NCBI GenBank assembly: GCA_001825665.1
Contig: MHXZ01000103.1
Span: 5,993-69,992 of the forward strand
From: Planctomycetes bacterium GWF2_41_51
GTDB lineage: Bacteria; Planctomycetota; Phycisphaerae; Sedimentisphaerales; UBA12454
DNA: 64,000 nucleotides
Reading direction: 5' to 3'
Notes under the pieces: generated by a model
Seen by the model: only the letters and a program-made list of their open reading frames with translations
The model's database searches: none
Told to the model about the DNA's origin: nothing
Made by a program: the position numbers and the translations under genes
Shown here: positions 30,089 to 40,544 of the stretch, piece after piece
Layout: each line of letters begins with the position of its first letter
Position numbering within the stretch: position 1 is the stretch's first letter

Positions 30089-31270
30089 GTGCCTGACTTT
30101 ATGTTAAATATCCCAAAAGTCATATTGTTTCTCGAAAGTTCACGACAGTATGGACGAGATCTGATTAATGGGATAGCTGAATATTCACTTATAAATGGTC
30201 CCTGGACCTTTTATAAGGAAGATGATTTTTATAGCACCTTAAAAAAAGGCTCAGGGGATCTCTCATGGATAAAAAGATGGGGCGCAAACGGTATCATAAC
30301 CAGAGACTTTAAAGGTTTTGACAGACTCCTGGAATTTAAATTGCCAATAATTGTTGTGGAGGCATTTCAGGAGACCAATAAAGTCGGCAATGTTCCCAAA
30401 GTAGTCTCGAATCACGATGCAATTGGCGGGCTTGCTTGCGATTACTTTATAAGGCACGGTTTTAAGAATTTCGCTTATTGCGGCTTCACTGATATGCCGT
30501 GGTCGGTCAGCAGAGGAGAAAGATTCGCCTCGGCTCTTAAATCTAAAGGATATCAGCCTGAATTTTTTTATTCAAAATCTTACAGGTTGTTAGTTTGGGA
30601 CAAAGAATATCCCCGCCTGGTACGATGGTTGACTTCGCTTCCAAGGCCTGCGGCAATACTCTGCTGCAACGATGATAGGGGCTGTGATGTTATTGAAGCC
30701 TGCAAAACAGCAGGTTTAAGAGTTCCCTTTGATATCGCGGTACTTGGGATCGATGATGACCCGCAAGTATGCAACCTTACATACCCCCCGTTATCAAGCA
30801 TAATGCTCAGCACAAAAAAAGCAGGCTTTCTCACTGCCCAGATGCTTCACGAACTTATGCGAAAGGAGCAAGTCGCTGAAAATACTATTAAAGTGGAGCC
30901 TGTAGGAATCGACACCCGTCAATCAACTGATTCGCTGGCCATCGAAGACCCACAAGTCGCTAAGGCAATGGAATTCATAAGCGCCAATAGCAACCCGCTT
31001 ATACAAGTAACTGATGTTTTATACCATGTGGGATGCTCCCGAAGAGGCCTTGATGAGAAATTCCACAAGATTCTTGGCCATTCCATTTTTGCCGAAATAA
31101 GACGCATCAGGATCGAGATGATATGCAACATGCTCCTCAAAACCAATCGATCCATTTCAGAGATTGCACTGGCTCTTGGTTACAACGATGCAGATCATAT
31201 CGCAAGATTCTTTAAGCAGGAAAAACACATGACCCCTTTCGAGTATCGCAAAACCTACGCATCATCATAA
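30089..31270 (+). CDS. XylR-type activator (LacI-like periplasmic-binding fold plus AraC HTH)
   Basis: YGRDLINGI, AILCCNDDRG, VPFDIAVLGIDDD, PPLSSI, TRQSTD, EIALALGY...FFKQEKHMTPFEYR; start GTG 30089 or ATG 30101. Confidence 0.9.
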   Translation: MPDFMLNIPKVILFLESSRQYGRDLINGIAEYSLINGPWTFYKEDDFYSTLKKGSGDLSWIKRWGANGIITRDFKGFDRLLEFKLPIIVVEAFQETNKVGNVPKVVSNHDAIGGLACDYFIRHGFKNFAYCGFTDMPWSVSRGERFASALKSKGYQPEFFYSKSYRLLVWDKEYPRLVRWLTSLPRPAAILCCNDDRGCDVIEACKTAGLRVPFDIAVLGIDDDPQVCNLTYPPLSSIMLSTKKAGFLTAQMLHELMRKEQVAENTIKVEPVGIDTRQSTDSLAIEDPQVAKAMEFISANSNPLIQVTDVLYHVGCSRRGLDEKFHKILGHSIFAEIRRIRIEMICNMLLKTNRSISEIALALGYNDADHIARFFKQEKHMTPFEYRKTYASS

Positions 31271-31283
31271 ATCGTTTCTGATA

Positions 31284-34133
31284 TTAAAATACCATATATT
31301 CAAGTTCAACGCTTGCAGCAGTTGGTTCAAATTCATTTTGGGGCAGTTTAATTTCTATAGTTTCTTCTTTACCACTTTGTGATAACTTCAAATGAATTAA
31401 TTGCTGTTTGCGTGTGGGGTCTGCGGCAATAATTCGTGTTTTATTATTTTCCTTACGTATCATTAGAGCACACGGCACGTCTGTTGTAATTTGAGAATTT
31501 TCGCTAATCTGACAAGTACCGGGAGAATAAAACACAATTTGAATACATTTATCTTTATCAGATTGAATTGCCTGTAATGTTCGGTTATTTGCAAGTACCT
31601 TCACATAAGGAGATTTAAAAAAATCAGATGTTTTGCCTGCTGTCGCATCGGGCAATATAAAATATTCATAACCGCTATCTTTTACATTTGTGCCATGATC
31701 AATAAAAAGCGAAAACACATCCTTTGATACCGGCTTATCTGAAGAATAACCAATAACATCAGTCCATTTGCCCGACTGAGTGCCGCAAGATAGTTTTACA
31801 TTGCTCGATTCAGGAAAAACATATCCTATGCCGTTATGATGCAGCCAGAGAGGTTTTGAAAAGGAATGTTCTCCGCTGATTCCGGTCGTTTTGCCTTCAT
31901 AACCCGTTATTACTTTTCCATTCAGCAGACATTGATTAACCGATGTAGTTACAGGATATGAAGATAAACTTTCGATACCTGCACCAAGACAGGCTATTAC
32001 GGAATCAAAAAAGAACCACGTCTTTCGACCCTTAATCTCATCACGCTGTAAATCCATAAAAGCAAAACCATATTGTCCGTCAGAAACGCCTCCTACGAAA
32101 TCCGACTTAATATAGCTGCTCTTTTCGGTGGGCTTCAGAGATAAGCCAGACCTTGCACAAGTTGTGCCTGGAATTCTGTACCAATCCCAAACCGGGAAAA
32201 TATTTTCATATTCCCTGCCCGATAAATAAACATACATCGCACCATCGGCTATATACTTTCCAAGTTTATTTTCTTCGAGTATCGATTCTGTACCTTTAAC
32301 TCGATTGGAGCACATTTTTACAGAGCAAAAATAATTCTCCCTTCGATGAACGATATAATCAGACCTCCAGAACAAATTATTGCCGACGAGATCATTTGCG
32401 TTTCGTTCGTTTAAATTGCGCGCAAGTATCGTCTTGTAAGAACTCGCGTTATCCGGATCAACAAATTGCATCCGTCTGCAATTGTCCAGCAATACCGCAG
32501 CCTTTTTCACAACGCTGTCAGGATGCAAATGACGGCCAACGCAGCTAATATCATAACGGCCATTCCAGATTACCCATTGCTGGCCTTTAAGAATATAATC
32601 GCGCAAAATGCTCAGCTTCGATTTATCATATTCATATTTCGTTCCCTGCGCGGCATAAATCCACATAGGCATATCCTCGAGAAAAGACAAACCGTAGTTT
32701 GCAAACTGCTGCATCGGCCCATGTTGGAAAAAGCTGAAATCGGGCTGAATCCCTTCATCCGTTGTAATCCGTAATTCGCTTTCTATCGCTTTCATCGCGG
32801 TTTCTATTAATTCCGGTTTGTCCAAAAGCATTCCCCTCATGCAGACAACGCCTGCAAGCCATACTTTATTCTGACCGGTGCCTTCGATTCCAGCCGCTTC
32901 AAGAATTTTAATTACGCCGTCCATCTGTTCTTGCGAAAGTTCATTTTGCATAAGCATTGCCGCAAAACCAATGCGTCTTGGAAAACCAATTTTAACCCAC
33001 CACCAGTTTGGACTCGAATATTTAGCTCCAATCCAATGATTTAAAGCTTTATTGATAGCGTTCAAACATTGCTTATCTTTATAATATCTGCATTGCGTTT
33101 TATTATAAGCAACAGACATTTCTATCATCCGGAGAAGATGATGGACAATAGGAATTTCTCCAAGCCCGGTATTAATATACTGAATATCAGCCCATGTCCC
33201 ATCCTCACGCAGAGTTTTGATATAGTTCGCAATATCGTCATCTTTTATTTCCTGCAAAATCAGATATTCGCACATGTTCTTTTTTAATGTTTCAGTCTGA
33301 CTGATAACGGCACTATTTACATCGGCTTTTGCCAAAACTGTCATTACAGGCCAATGGTCAGAAGCGACATCAGTTACGTCATTATGTAAAACCTTGCAAT
33401 TTAAAATTCTTTTTTGAAGACTTTCATCCACGAATATGTAATCGATGCGGTGAGTGCCCAATGTAAAAGGATTGCCCGAGCCTGCAACATCAAACGTATT
33501 TATCATTTCCGGCGGAATCATATTTAGACATTCCCCATTTGGGTTTTCATTCAAATCGCCCATCAGTATCTTTGGCGAATTTGTTTTCTCCAGTAATTTA
33601 ATGACATATTCTATTTGTCCGCTTCTGTTCGGAATATTCGTGTAGCATAAATGCGTTATAAAAAAATTGTAATCGATACCGTCTATTTCAACCTTGGCCT
33701 CAAGACATGTACGCTGCTCAAACCCTTTTTGGGTCGGCAGCTTGTGTAACTTTGTCGATTTGATGGGGTACCGCGACAATATTGCATTGCCAAACCATCC
33801 CTTGCCTCGCAGATGCTTTCTTGGGACGCTGGGGCAGTGAAAATAATTCATATTTAATATTCGGCCCAACTCAGCCGCCTGATTTATAAATTCGCTCCTG
33901 TGGCTAAAGTGATTATCAACTTCCTGCAGCCCTATTATATCAGCATTTGATTCACGAATTACTTGAGCGATTCTTTCTATGTTATGAATCTTATCCCTGC
34001 CTTCACCCCAGTGAATGTTATATGTCATAATCCTGATTGCGTTTGCATCGTTACTTTTGCCAAATGATCGGCCGATACATACGCACATAATAAAAGCAAT
34101 TGTCAAAATAATTCTTATTTTCATTTTATTCAT
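31284..34133 (-). CDS. Fusion of EEP (endonuclease/exonuclease/phosphatase) domain and PL8 polysaccharide lyase
   Basis: N-terminal RIMTYNIH, LQEVD, GNAILSRYP, THL, MGDLN, RIDYIF, SDHWPV; C-terminal NWWW, GQN, GIQPDFSFFQHG, NYG, WDWYRIPGTT. Confidence 0.85.
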   Translation of the reverse strand: MNKMKIRIILTIAFIMCVCIGRSFGKSNDANAIRIMTYNIHWGEGRDKIHNIERIAQVIRESNADIIGLQEVDNHFSHRSEFINQAAELGRILNMNYFHCPSVPRKHLRGKGWFGNAILSRYPIKSTKLHKLPTQKGFEQRTCLEAKVEIDGIDYNFFITHLCYTNIPNRSGQIEYVIKLLEKTNSPKILMGDLNENPNGECLNMIPPEMINTFDVAGSGNPFTLGTHRIDYIFVDESLQKRILNCKVLHNDVTDVASDHWPVMTVLAKADVNSAVISQTETLKKNMCEYLILQEIKDDDIANYIKTLREDGTWADIQYINTGLGEIPIVHHLLRMIEMSVAYNKTQCRYYKDKQCLNAINKALNHWIGAKYSSPNWWWVKIGFPRRIGFAAMLMQNELSQEQMDGVIKILEAAGIEGTGQNKVWLAGVVCMRGMLLDKPELIETAMKAIESELRITTDEGIQPDFSFFQHGPMQQFANYGLSFLEDMPMWIYAAQGTKYEYDKSKLSILRDYILKGQQWVIWNGRYDISCVGRHLHPDSVVKKAAVLLDNCRRMQFVDPDNASSYKTILARNLNERNANDLVGNNLFWRSDYIVHRRENYFCSVKMCSNRVKGTESILEENKLGKYIADGAMYVYLSGREYENIFPVWDWYRIPGTTCARSGLSLKPTEKSSYIKSDFVGGVSDGQYGFAFMDLQRDEIKGRKTWFFFDSVIACLGAGIESLSSYPVTTSVNQCLLNGKVITGYEGKTTGISGEHSFSKPLWLHHNGIGYVFPESSNVKLSCGTQSGKWTDVIGYSSDKPVSKDVFSLFIDHGTNVKDSGYEYFILPDATAGKTSDFFKSPYVKVLANNRTLQAIQSDKDKCIQIVFYSPGTCQISENSQITTDVPCALMIRKENNKTRIIAADPTRKQQLIHLKLSQSGKEETIEIKLPQNEFEPTAASVELEYMVF

Positions 34134-36879
34134 CCTTAAATAAACCTGTCTTGATTAATTCTTTTTCGGTCAATTCTATTGCCGGAGCAAATTCATTACT
34201 GTTCATATAGTAAAGTAAACTGCTTAATAACTGCCTCGCTTCGGGCCTGTTCTGGAGCGAAATTAAATCTATGCCGCATACCAGTAATCGACCATCACCA
34301 ATTTTCGTTTCAAAAATTAAACCTAATTTATGATTACGTTCAAAATTATCTATCGTTTGCAGCAAAGGACGAAAATCAGCGGAGATACCATCGAGAATGA
34401 CAGAACGGCCGTTTCGAACCAGATGCCACCATTGCCAATTGCTGTGAAATTCGGTTGGAAAATTTTTAAAAGCCGGATGATTCGGGTTGCATAAAATTCC
34501 CATGGTTCCAGGCGGATTGAACGACTTAAATGTCGGATAGCACCAAAAATCGCTTTGGAATGCGCCCGGTATCCAGCGTTCAATCCCATTTACATCAGGG
34601 ATAAGCAGTACCATACCGCCTTTCTTTATTTCCTCAAAAACAGAACGTTTTAACCTGCGATAAATTTTAATATTTGCCGAAGGCCGGACATTAGCATCCG
34701 CAGGATACACCCATAAAGGATATTGATTTGCAGCCTTTGTACTTCGCAATTTCACTTCGAGAATCAGCTTGGCCAGTGCTGTAATGGAATCTAACTTTAT
34801 GCTTATTTTTCCAACATCTGCCAGACATCCCTGGGCAATCATGTGGGCAGAAATTTTTCCTGATGCAGCTACGCAGGCATTACTATCTTTCAGCTTCCAT
34901 TCAACAGTCTCATCATTAATCGAATTCTTTCCATAGTTTGCGATTTGTACATCTGCTGTAAAAATATCATTAGTTGTCCAAGTATAACTCTCCATGCGAA
35001 CAAGAACTGCAACTTCGCTGCAAAATTGCCTCCACTGGTCTGGCTTAATTAAACCTTTTGAATCCATAAAAGCATCAAGAATCCCAACCAAAGCCGTCCC
35101 CTGACCGGGATAGTCCTGTAAATCGAGCAATTGAAATCCTGCCAAACCTTTTGTTCTTAAAGCTGCTTCGATTTCCTCCCGATAGCAAATCACCGCCAAT
35201 GCACCCGAAGCGCGTACAAAATCACTGGCCTGGTCAAGCATACCTGCCTCTGCGAGCCGCTGACGAAATACTTCGAAATTGCGAGCTTTGAGAACTCCTG
35301 TATATTTAGGTATTTCATTGAAATTCGGAAAAACCTGATATTGTCCTATTTCATGACTAATAACCGCAGCATTAACTCCTGCGATTGACTTTTCGTAATC
35401 AGTCATTGTCGAAGGTGATCGATTATTGATATGTCCCATTGTATGTTTATGAAATGAGCCCCGTACGAAACGCCGTTCGTTTTCCCAATCTCCTATCGTC
35501 ATCGTAACCCAGAAATCATCATTCGGTCCGCAGCTTGTGGCAGCCCAACTATTATTGCTTCCTTCTGCGTACAAATGCCGACTATCTAAATCCCGCAGCC
35601 TGGTTACCATTTCGGTCATAATTTTTCGGCTCTCTGGATTTATTTCCACTTCGTTTCCAAGGCTGAACATTACAAAAGATGGATGATTGCCAAAGCTCTT
35701 GAGAATTCTCTCTGCTTCGATATTGAGATACTCATCGTGCAGCTTGTTTTCACCAAAAGATGCCCAATTCGGCAGCTCCGGCTGCAAATAGATTCCCATT
35801 TCATCCGCCGCCGCGAATGCCGCTTCAGGCGGACACCATGAATGAAATCGATAATGATTGATGCCATAACTTTTCGCGATAGAAAAAACCCTTTGCCATG
35901 AATTTTTATCCATCGGCGCGTATCCCGTCAGCGGAAATACGCAGCAATCAACTTTGCCCCGCAAAAATATTATTTTGTCATTAATTATCAGTTGCGTACC
36001 TTTTGCGCGAAACTGGCGCATACCAAAATTAATGAATTTAGTATCATTGTAACGCATTTCTTGCGATCCATCAGTGCCGGTTAACTTAATTTTCAACTGA
36101 TATAGATTCGTATCAAATTCATCCCACAGGCGAGCCTCTTTTCCAAATGGAATCTCGATATTAATTTCCGCGTAATTGCTTTCAACTATATGTGTTGAAG
36201 TGACTGCATTTGCTGAAATTTCGCAACTAACGGCCTTACCTGTACTATTGCCAATTGTAATGCCAACTTTAGTAACCTTTGCGGCAACATTCGGATACAC
36301 CTGAACATCTTCAATCCAGACCGGATCAGTGGCTTGCAACTGTATAGCTCCGACAATGCCATTCCAATTTGTCTGCGTGGCTTCCGTTAATTGCTGCGTT
36401 TCACCCAAAGGCGGATTATTCGAATTATCAACGCAAATCGTAATCCGGTGGTTACCGCCGAAAACAACATGGCTCAAATCATACAAGTGCGGTGTGCAAA
36501 GACTATCCTGCGAGCCGCAATCATTCTCATCAAACCATACACGGCTTTGTTTAGTTCTCTCAAGCATCAAAACAACACGTTTACCCTGCCACTTTTCAGG
36601 AATATTTATATGCCTTTGATACCACACCTTGCCTTTCCATGATACTATGCGAGTCAGTTGATCAATTTCGTTTTTAGAATTTTTAATCCCATATCCCGCC
36701 TCATCAGTAGTGCCCGGCAAAGTAATAGGTTCGGTCAGTTCGGTACGATACCACGATTTCTGAATTCCCTGCCCGTTCGGATCCAGCCGGCAATTCCATT
36801 GACCTGCCAATGAAATAACATCCGCAGAAGCACCGCAAATAAGGAATAAAGAATACAAAATGAAAAATATAATTCTCAT
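34126..36879 (-). CDS. GH2-like glycoside hydrolase, paralog of 14876..17671
   Basis: Shares FHSWCPPEAAF, NHPSF..GNE, HEIGQY, GFQLL.L.D.PGQGTAL motifs; signal peptide. Confidence 0.8.
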   Translation of the reverse strand: MRIIFFILYSLFLICGASADVISLAGQWNCRLDPNGQGIQKSWYRTELTEPITLPGTTDEAGYGIKNSKNEIDQLTRIVSWKGKVWYQRHINIPEKWQGKRVVLMLERTKQSRVWFDENDCGSQDSLCTPHLYDLSHVVFGGNHRITICVDNSNNPPLGETQQLTEATQTNWNGIVGAIQLQATDPVWIEDVQVYPNVAAKVTKVGITIGNSTGKAVSCEISANAVTSTHIVESNYAEINIEIPFGKEARLWDEFDTNLYQLKIKLTGTDGSQEMRYNDTKFINFGMRQFRAKGTQLIINDKIIFLRGKVDCCVFPLTGYAPMDKNSWQRVFSIAKSYGINHYRFHSWCPPEAAFAAADEMGIYLQPELPNWASFGENKLHDEYLNIEAERILKSFGNHPSFVMFSLGNEVEINPESRKIMTEMVTRLRDLDSRHLYAEGSNNSWAATSCGPNDDFWVTMTIGDWENERRFVRGSFHKHTMGHINNRSPSTMTDYEKSIAGVNAAVISHEIGQYQVFPNFNEIPKYTGVLKARNFEVFRQRLAEAGMLDQASDFVRASGALAVICYREEIEAALRTKGLAGFQLLDLQDYPGQGTALVGILDAFMDSKGLIKPDQWRQFCSEVAVLVRMESYTWTTNDIFTADVQIANYGKNSINDETVEWKLKDSNACVAASGKISAHMIAQGCLADVGKISIKLDSITALAKLILEVKLRSTKAANQYPLWVYPADANVRPSANIKIYRRLKRSVFEEIKKGGMVLLIPDVNGIERWIPGAFQSDFWCYPTFKSFNPPGTMGILCNPNHPAFKNFPTEFHSNWQWWHLVRNGRSVILDGISADFRPLLQTIDNFERNHKLGLIFETKIGDGRLLVCGIDLISLQNRPEARQLLSSLLYYMNSNEFAPAIELTEKELIKTGLFKDE

Positions 36880-36882
36880 TTA

Positions 36883-37608
36883 TCAAATATCATTTGCAAA
36901 GAATATCAGCAACTCATCTGCCACGAGGCGATGGCCTTTTTCATTGGGATGATTGGATTGTGAAAGCAGCTCATCGAGCTTAATTCCCTGTTTTTGTTTC
37001 TCATCAAAAACCGCAAGACTGTCCGCCAAACCAACACGAAATTCGGCTGCAAGCTGTCGTATTTGCTGCGCGTGCTGATTAAGAGGTTCGTTGGGGTCAT
37101 CAGGTTTATGTTTTATATCCGGCGTCGGAGTGAGCAATATGACTTTGATATTTTTGTCTTTTGCCTTTTTTATCATCGAACTCCATGCCGCGCGAGCCTT
37201 TTCAAGGCTGATACTTCTGTCATTAAGACCGTAATCTATGGTTATAACATCCGGCTGATGCGAAAGAACATCTTTTTCAAATCGCTTCTCGCCGGCATCA
37301 GAGTTTTCACCCCCGATGGCCGTAACAATCACATTCACCACCGCATATGGGAACCTGTCCTTTATGCCCTTATGAAGCAGATGCGGATATGCGTCAAAAG
37401 TGTTAACATCCGGCGTCTTGAAATATCCTGCCGGAACGCTGTGACCGTGACAGACTATATTTATAGTTCTGTTGTTAGGCCACTTAAGATTCATTTGATT
37501 CTTTAAGTAGATCAGATAATTATTGCTGTCCGCGATGTCGGTATTTTGGGCCATGCAATCCCCTGAGAAAACAAAAATTATAGCTAAAAAAAGAAATTCC
37601 TTTTTCAT
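36883..37608 (-). CDS. SGNH/GDSL esterase, secreted
   Basis: Block I CHGHSVP (GHS variant), AIGGENS, DYGLND, NHPNEKGH. Confidence 0.8.
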   Translation of the reverse strand: MKKEFLFLAIIFVFSGDCMAQNTDIADSNNYLIYLKNQMNLKWPNNRTINIVCHGHSVPAGYFKTPDVNTFDAYPHLLHKGIKDRFPYAVVNVIVTAIGGENSDAGEKRFEKDVLSHQPDVITIDYGLNDRSISLEKARAAWSSMIKKAKDKNIKVILLTPTPDIKHKPDDPNEPLNQHAQQIRQLAAEFRVGLADSLAVFDEKQKQGIKLDELLSQSNHPNEKGHRLVADELLIFFANDI

Positions 37609-37627
37609 TTAATCTCCATGTATTTTA

Positions 37628-40516
37628 TTATTCAGCAAATATCGCGTAATCCTGAAAATCAATTTTATTATCATGCAGCAGGTCAGCACCATCGCAGCCG
37701 CAGCAAGAATTGCATCCCTGCTCCAGCCAGTTATCGCAGAAGATTGCAAGATCACTCAATCCGATTTCGCCGTCACTATCAAGGTCTCGATCACCCCTTG
37801 CCGCATAAACTTCAAATTCATAAATACTCGGAACATTTGTCGCGGCATCGATATATAATCTGGCCTTTGTTCCCGTTACAGCAGGAAATGCATCGACCTT
37901 GGAGTCGCCCACCGTTGTCCCTGAACATGCATCTTTCCATGCACCATCATAATACTGTATTCGATAGCTCGTGATTCGATTATTTTCATATTCCGTAAGT
38001 CGTGCCGAGGCAAATGTTACCTGTCTGCCAAAATCAAGCTCAAGCCAGCAGCTATTGGTATATGAATTCCATCTCGAAGTATAGTTTGCATCGTTTACTT
38101 TATTTGCTCCCCACGTCGGATCGTTCTGATAAAAGCTCGAAGCCGATGCTGTTGCAGATAATGCGAGATTGCCTCCGATTTCGTGGTTCGTAGTGGACGA
38201 AAATGCTTCCAATATAACTAATTCGTTTGCACTGGCTGTTCTTTTCTGCCCTGTTACTACAATCTTTATCGTATGATTGCCGAGCGGAAGCTCTTGTGTC
38301 TGGTATAGAACGCCTCCATAAACTGCCGGATTACTGTAGGTATCAATTGTAGTTTTATAAACATTGTCCACGTAAACATCCATATACCCGCAGTCATTTC
38401 GTGTCGTTCCTATCACCTGTCCCATTCTGCCGTAAAATGGAAAAGTTGCCGTTGCCGCTGCAATATCAGAATAAGTGCAATCTCCGAAAACATACCATGA
38501 GCCATTAAATGTCCACCATGACCCTGTGTAGCTTGCATTCGGCGGCCTTTCGTTTACCATCTCCCATCCGATGCAGCCAGTTACGGGCTTAACTGAAATA
38601 TTGTCATATTGATTCAAATCCGAACTTCCGCCAATACAGGCATTGCCCGCAAAACGTTGCGAATCGATCACTCTGCATACATGAACACCATCGACATAAG
38701 CATCAATTCTTTCGCCTATGCATCGCAGCTTTATATTGTGCCATTTGCTTCCATCGAATCCCGGCACTGTTCCGCGATTCAGCATTTTGGTGCTGTCCTG
38801 TGTATTATCGAAACAAAGCCTCCAGTCGCCGTCTTTCTTTAATACAAAAGCATAACCGCAATATAAACCTGTACTCATCCAGCTTGAGTGTCCCTTGCGA
38901 ACCGCAGCATAAACCTCACCTGCTTCAATATAAACATCCGTGCTTATTTCATAATCATTCCACGACATCGACCCGGGTATCACAATCATCATTTGTTCCC
39001 TGTATTCCGTTTCCGTTCCCCATCCATAACCTATCTGCGGAACCATCTGTTGAAGTGCAAGACCGCTCCTGCCGCCCTTACAGTTTTGCACCTGGAACAT
39101 TCCCTGCATATCGGAAAAATATTTCGGCATATCACCCGCAGTGTAACTTTCAAAATCTTCCGAGTACGGATATGGAAATGCAGAAGCCGCGGCATTAGGA
39201 TGATTTCCCTTTTGCTGTCCGGTAGTAGTCGTAAGAGAATATAATGAATCAGCCGAGCAGTTAATCGTAAAGCTGCCGCCGGTGGGAATAATATCAGCTT
39301 GCTGCACAAACTGATTCGCCGAGGTTGATTTCCAAACATGAATTGTTCCAGTCGATAATCCGCCCGCCAGGTTCACTGTTATACTCTCTGCGCTTTCGGC
39401 ATAAATGATCATGCTCCAATCGCCTGTTGTTGGATGTTTAAGGAAAGCATAATTTCCGTTTCCAGTCAGATTGCCGCAGCCCGAATCAATAAATTTCCAG
39501 CCCGGCTCGGCGAATTGATTATAATGAGCTACTCCCCAAATGGCAGGCCGAACTGTATAATTGCCCGACCACGGTGTATCAGCTTTCATCACGCCTGTAT
39601 CTGTCAGAAACACTCCTTCGCCTGCACTGTCTATCGGACACCATAATTCTATTTTTGTAACTCTGCCCATTATGTAATCACGATTCATTGTTCTGACCGC
39701 ATTTTTCGCGCTGCTCCAGTCTCCGCCGCTTGCCTGCTGTTCGCTGTCCCACATCGGCTTACCCCATGCGATTTGAGCCGCGCTCGGCCATTTCGATGCA
39801 TCTTCAATATAATGATATGTTACTGCGTCAACAACCGCATTCAATGCTGAATCCGACATACATTCATCAAGCAGAGTCCAAGGCAGAGAATCATTTTTTC
39901 CTTCTTCAGATTGAATCTTTACTGAAGAATAACCTGCCGCATTCAACGTCGGCCGCAAATTATATTTCAACCACGAAGTATTTGCCCCGCCTCCGTCTTC
40001 ATTAATACATCCGCCTATCCAATCTATATTCAGACCCCACCCGTCGTGAGCCGCTTTAATAAAACTTGTTAAATAGTTTGCAGTATTCTGTGTCCAGTAG
40101 CCGCCAGTCCACTTTGGAACTCCCCACATCAGGCAGTCAAGGATAGTATTTGGATTGCGGCTTATCGCTTCACTCATCAGCCACAACTCATAATTTTCAG
40201 AATTGGGATTAGTAATTTCAGAAGCACTTAGAGCATGACAGGGTTCTGACCCGCTTGTTGAATTTTGTCCGCTTCCTATTTCCACTTTTAAATGATGAAA
40301 ATTTGCGCCGAACTTAGGTTCAAACAAAAAATCAAGAACATAACTGCGATAAGGTTCAGGATAATCTATCAGTAACCGTGAGTTTCCGCCCGCGCTCACA
40401 GCGCCAATTCCCTCGAAGGCACGCCCGACAACTGTACCGTTAACATTAACAGTTACAGCCGATGCGCAGCCGCAAAATATCATCAAAAATGCAAATACTA
40501 ATTTTTTCAAAAACAA
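37628..40516 (-). CDS. GH59 galactocerebrosidase-like enzyme with lectin, F5/8-type-C (CBM32-like) and dockerin-like domains
   Basis: FEGIGAVSAGGNSRLLIDYPEPYRS.VLD.LF.P.FGA..LKVEIG, PWSGNY, AHYNQFAEPGW; NLALSATASAS..WLELDFG..EFEVY; double DxDxD..I...D dockerin-like C-terminus. Confidence 0.85.
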   Translation of the reverse strand: MFLKKLVFAFLMIFCGCASAVTVNVNGTVVGRAFEGIGAVSAGGNSRLLIDYPEPYRSYVLDFLFEPKFGANFHHLKVEIGSGQNSTSGSEPCHALSASEITNPNSENYELWLMSEAISRNPNTILDCLMWGVPKWTGGYWTQNTANYLTSFIKAAHDGWGLNIDWIGGCINEDGGGANTSWLKYNLRPTLNAAGYSSVKIQSEEGKNDSLPWTLLDECMSDSALNAVVDAVTYHYIEDASKWPSAAQIAWGKPMWDSEQQASGGDWSSAKNAVRTMNRDYIMGRVTKIELWCPIDSAGEGVFLTDTGVMKADTPWSGNYTVRPAIWGVAHYNQFAEPGWKFIDSGCGNLTGNGNYAFLKHPTTGDWSMIIYAESAESITVNLAGGLSTGTIHVWKSTSANQFVQQADIIPTGGSFTINCSADSLYSLTTTTGQQKGNHPNAAASAFPYPYSEDFESYTAGDMPKYFSDMQGMFQVQNCKGGRSGLALQQMVPQIGYGWGTETEYREQMMIVIPGSMSWNDYEISTDVYIEAGEVYAAVRKGHSSWMSTGLYCGYAFVLKKDGDWRLCFDNTQDSTKMLNRGTVPGFDGSKWHNIKLRCIGERIDAYVDGVHVCRVIDSQRFAGNACIGGSSDLNQYDNISVKPVTGCIGWEMVNERPPNASYTGSWWTFNGSWYVFGDCTYSDIAAATATFPFYGRMGQVIGTTRNDCGYMDVYVDNVYKTTIDTYSNPAVYGGVLYQTQELPLGNHTIKIVVTGQKRTASANELVILEAFSSTTNHEIGGNLALSATASASSFYQNDPTWGANKVNDANYTSRWNSYTNSCWLELDFGRQVTFASARLTEYENNRITSYRIQYYDGAWKDACSGTTVGDSKVDAFPAVTGTKARLYIDAATNVPSIYEFEVYAARGDRDLDSDGEIGLSDLAIFCDNWLEQGCNSCCGCDGADLLHDNKIDFQDYAIFAE

Positions 40517-40544
40517 TTCCTCATCTCGGCTATGCGGATAATAC

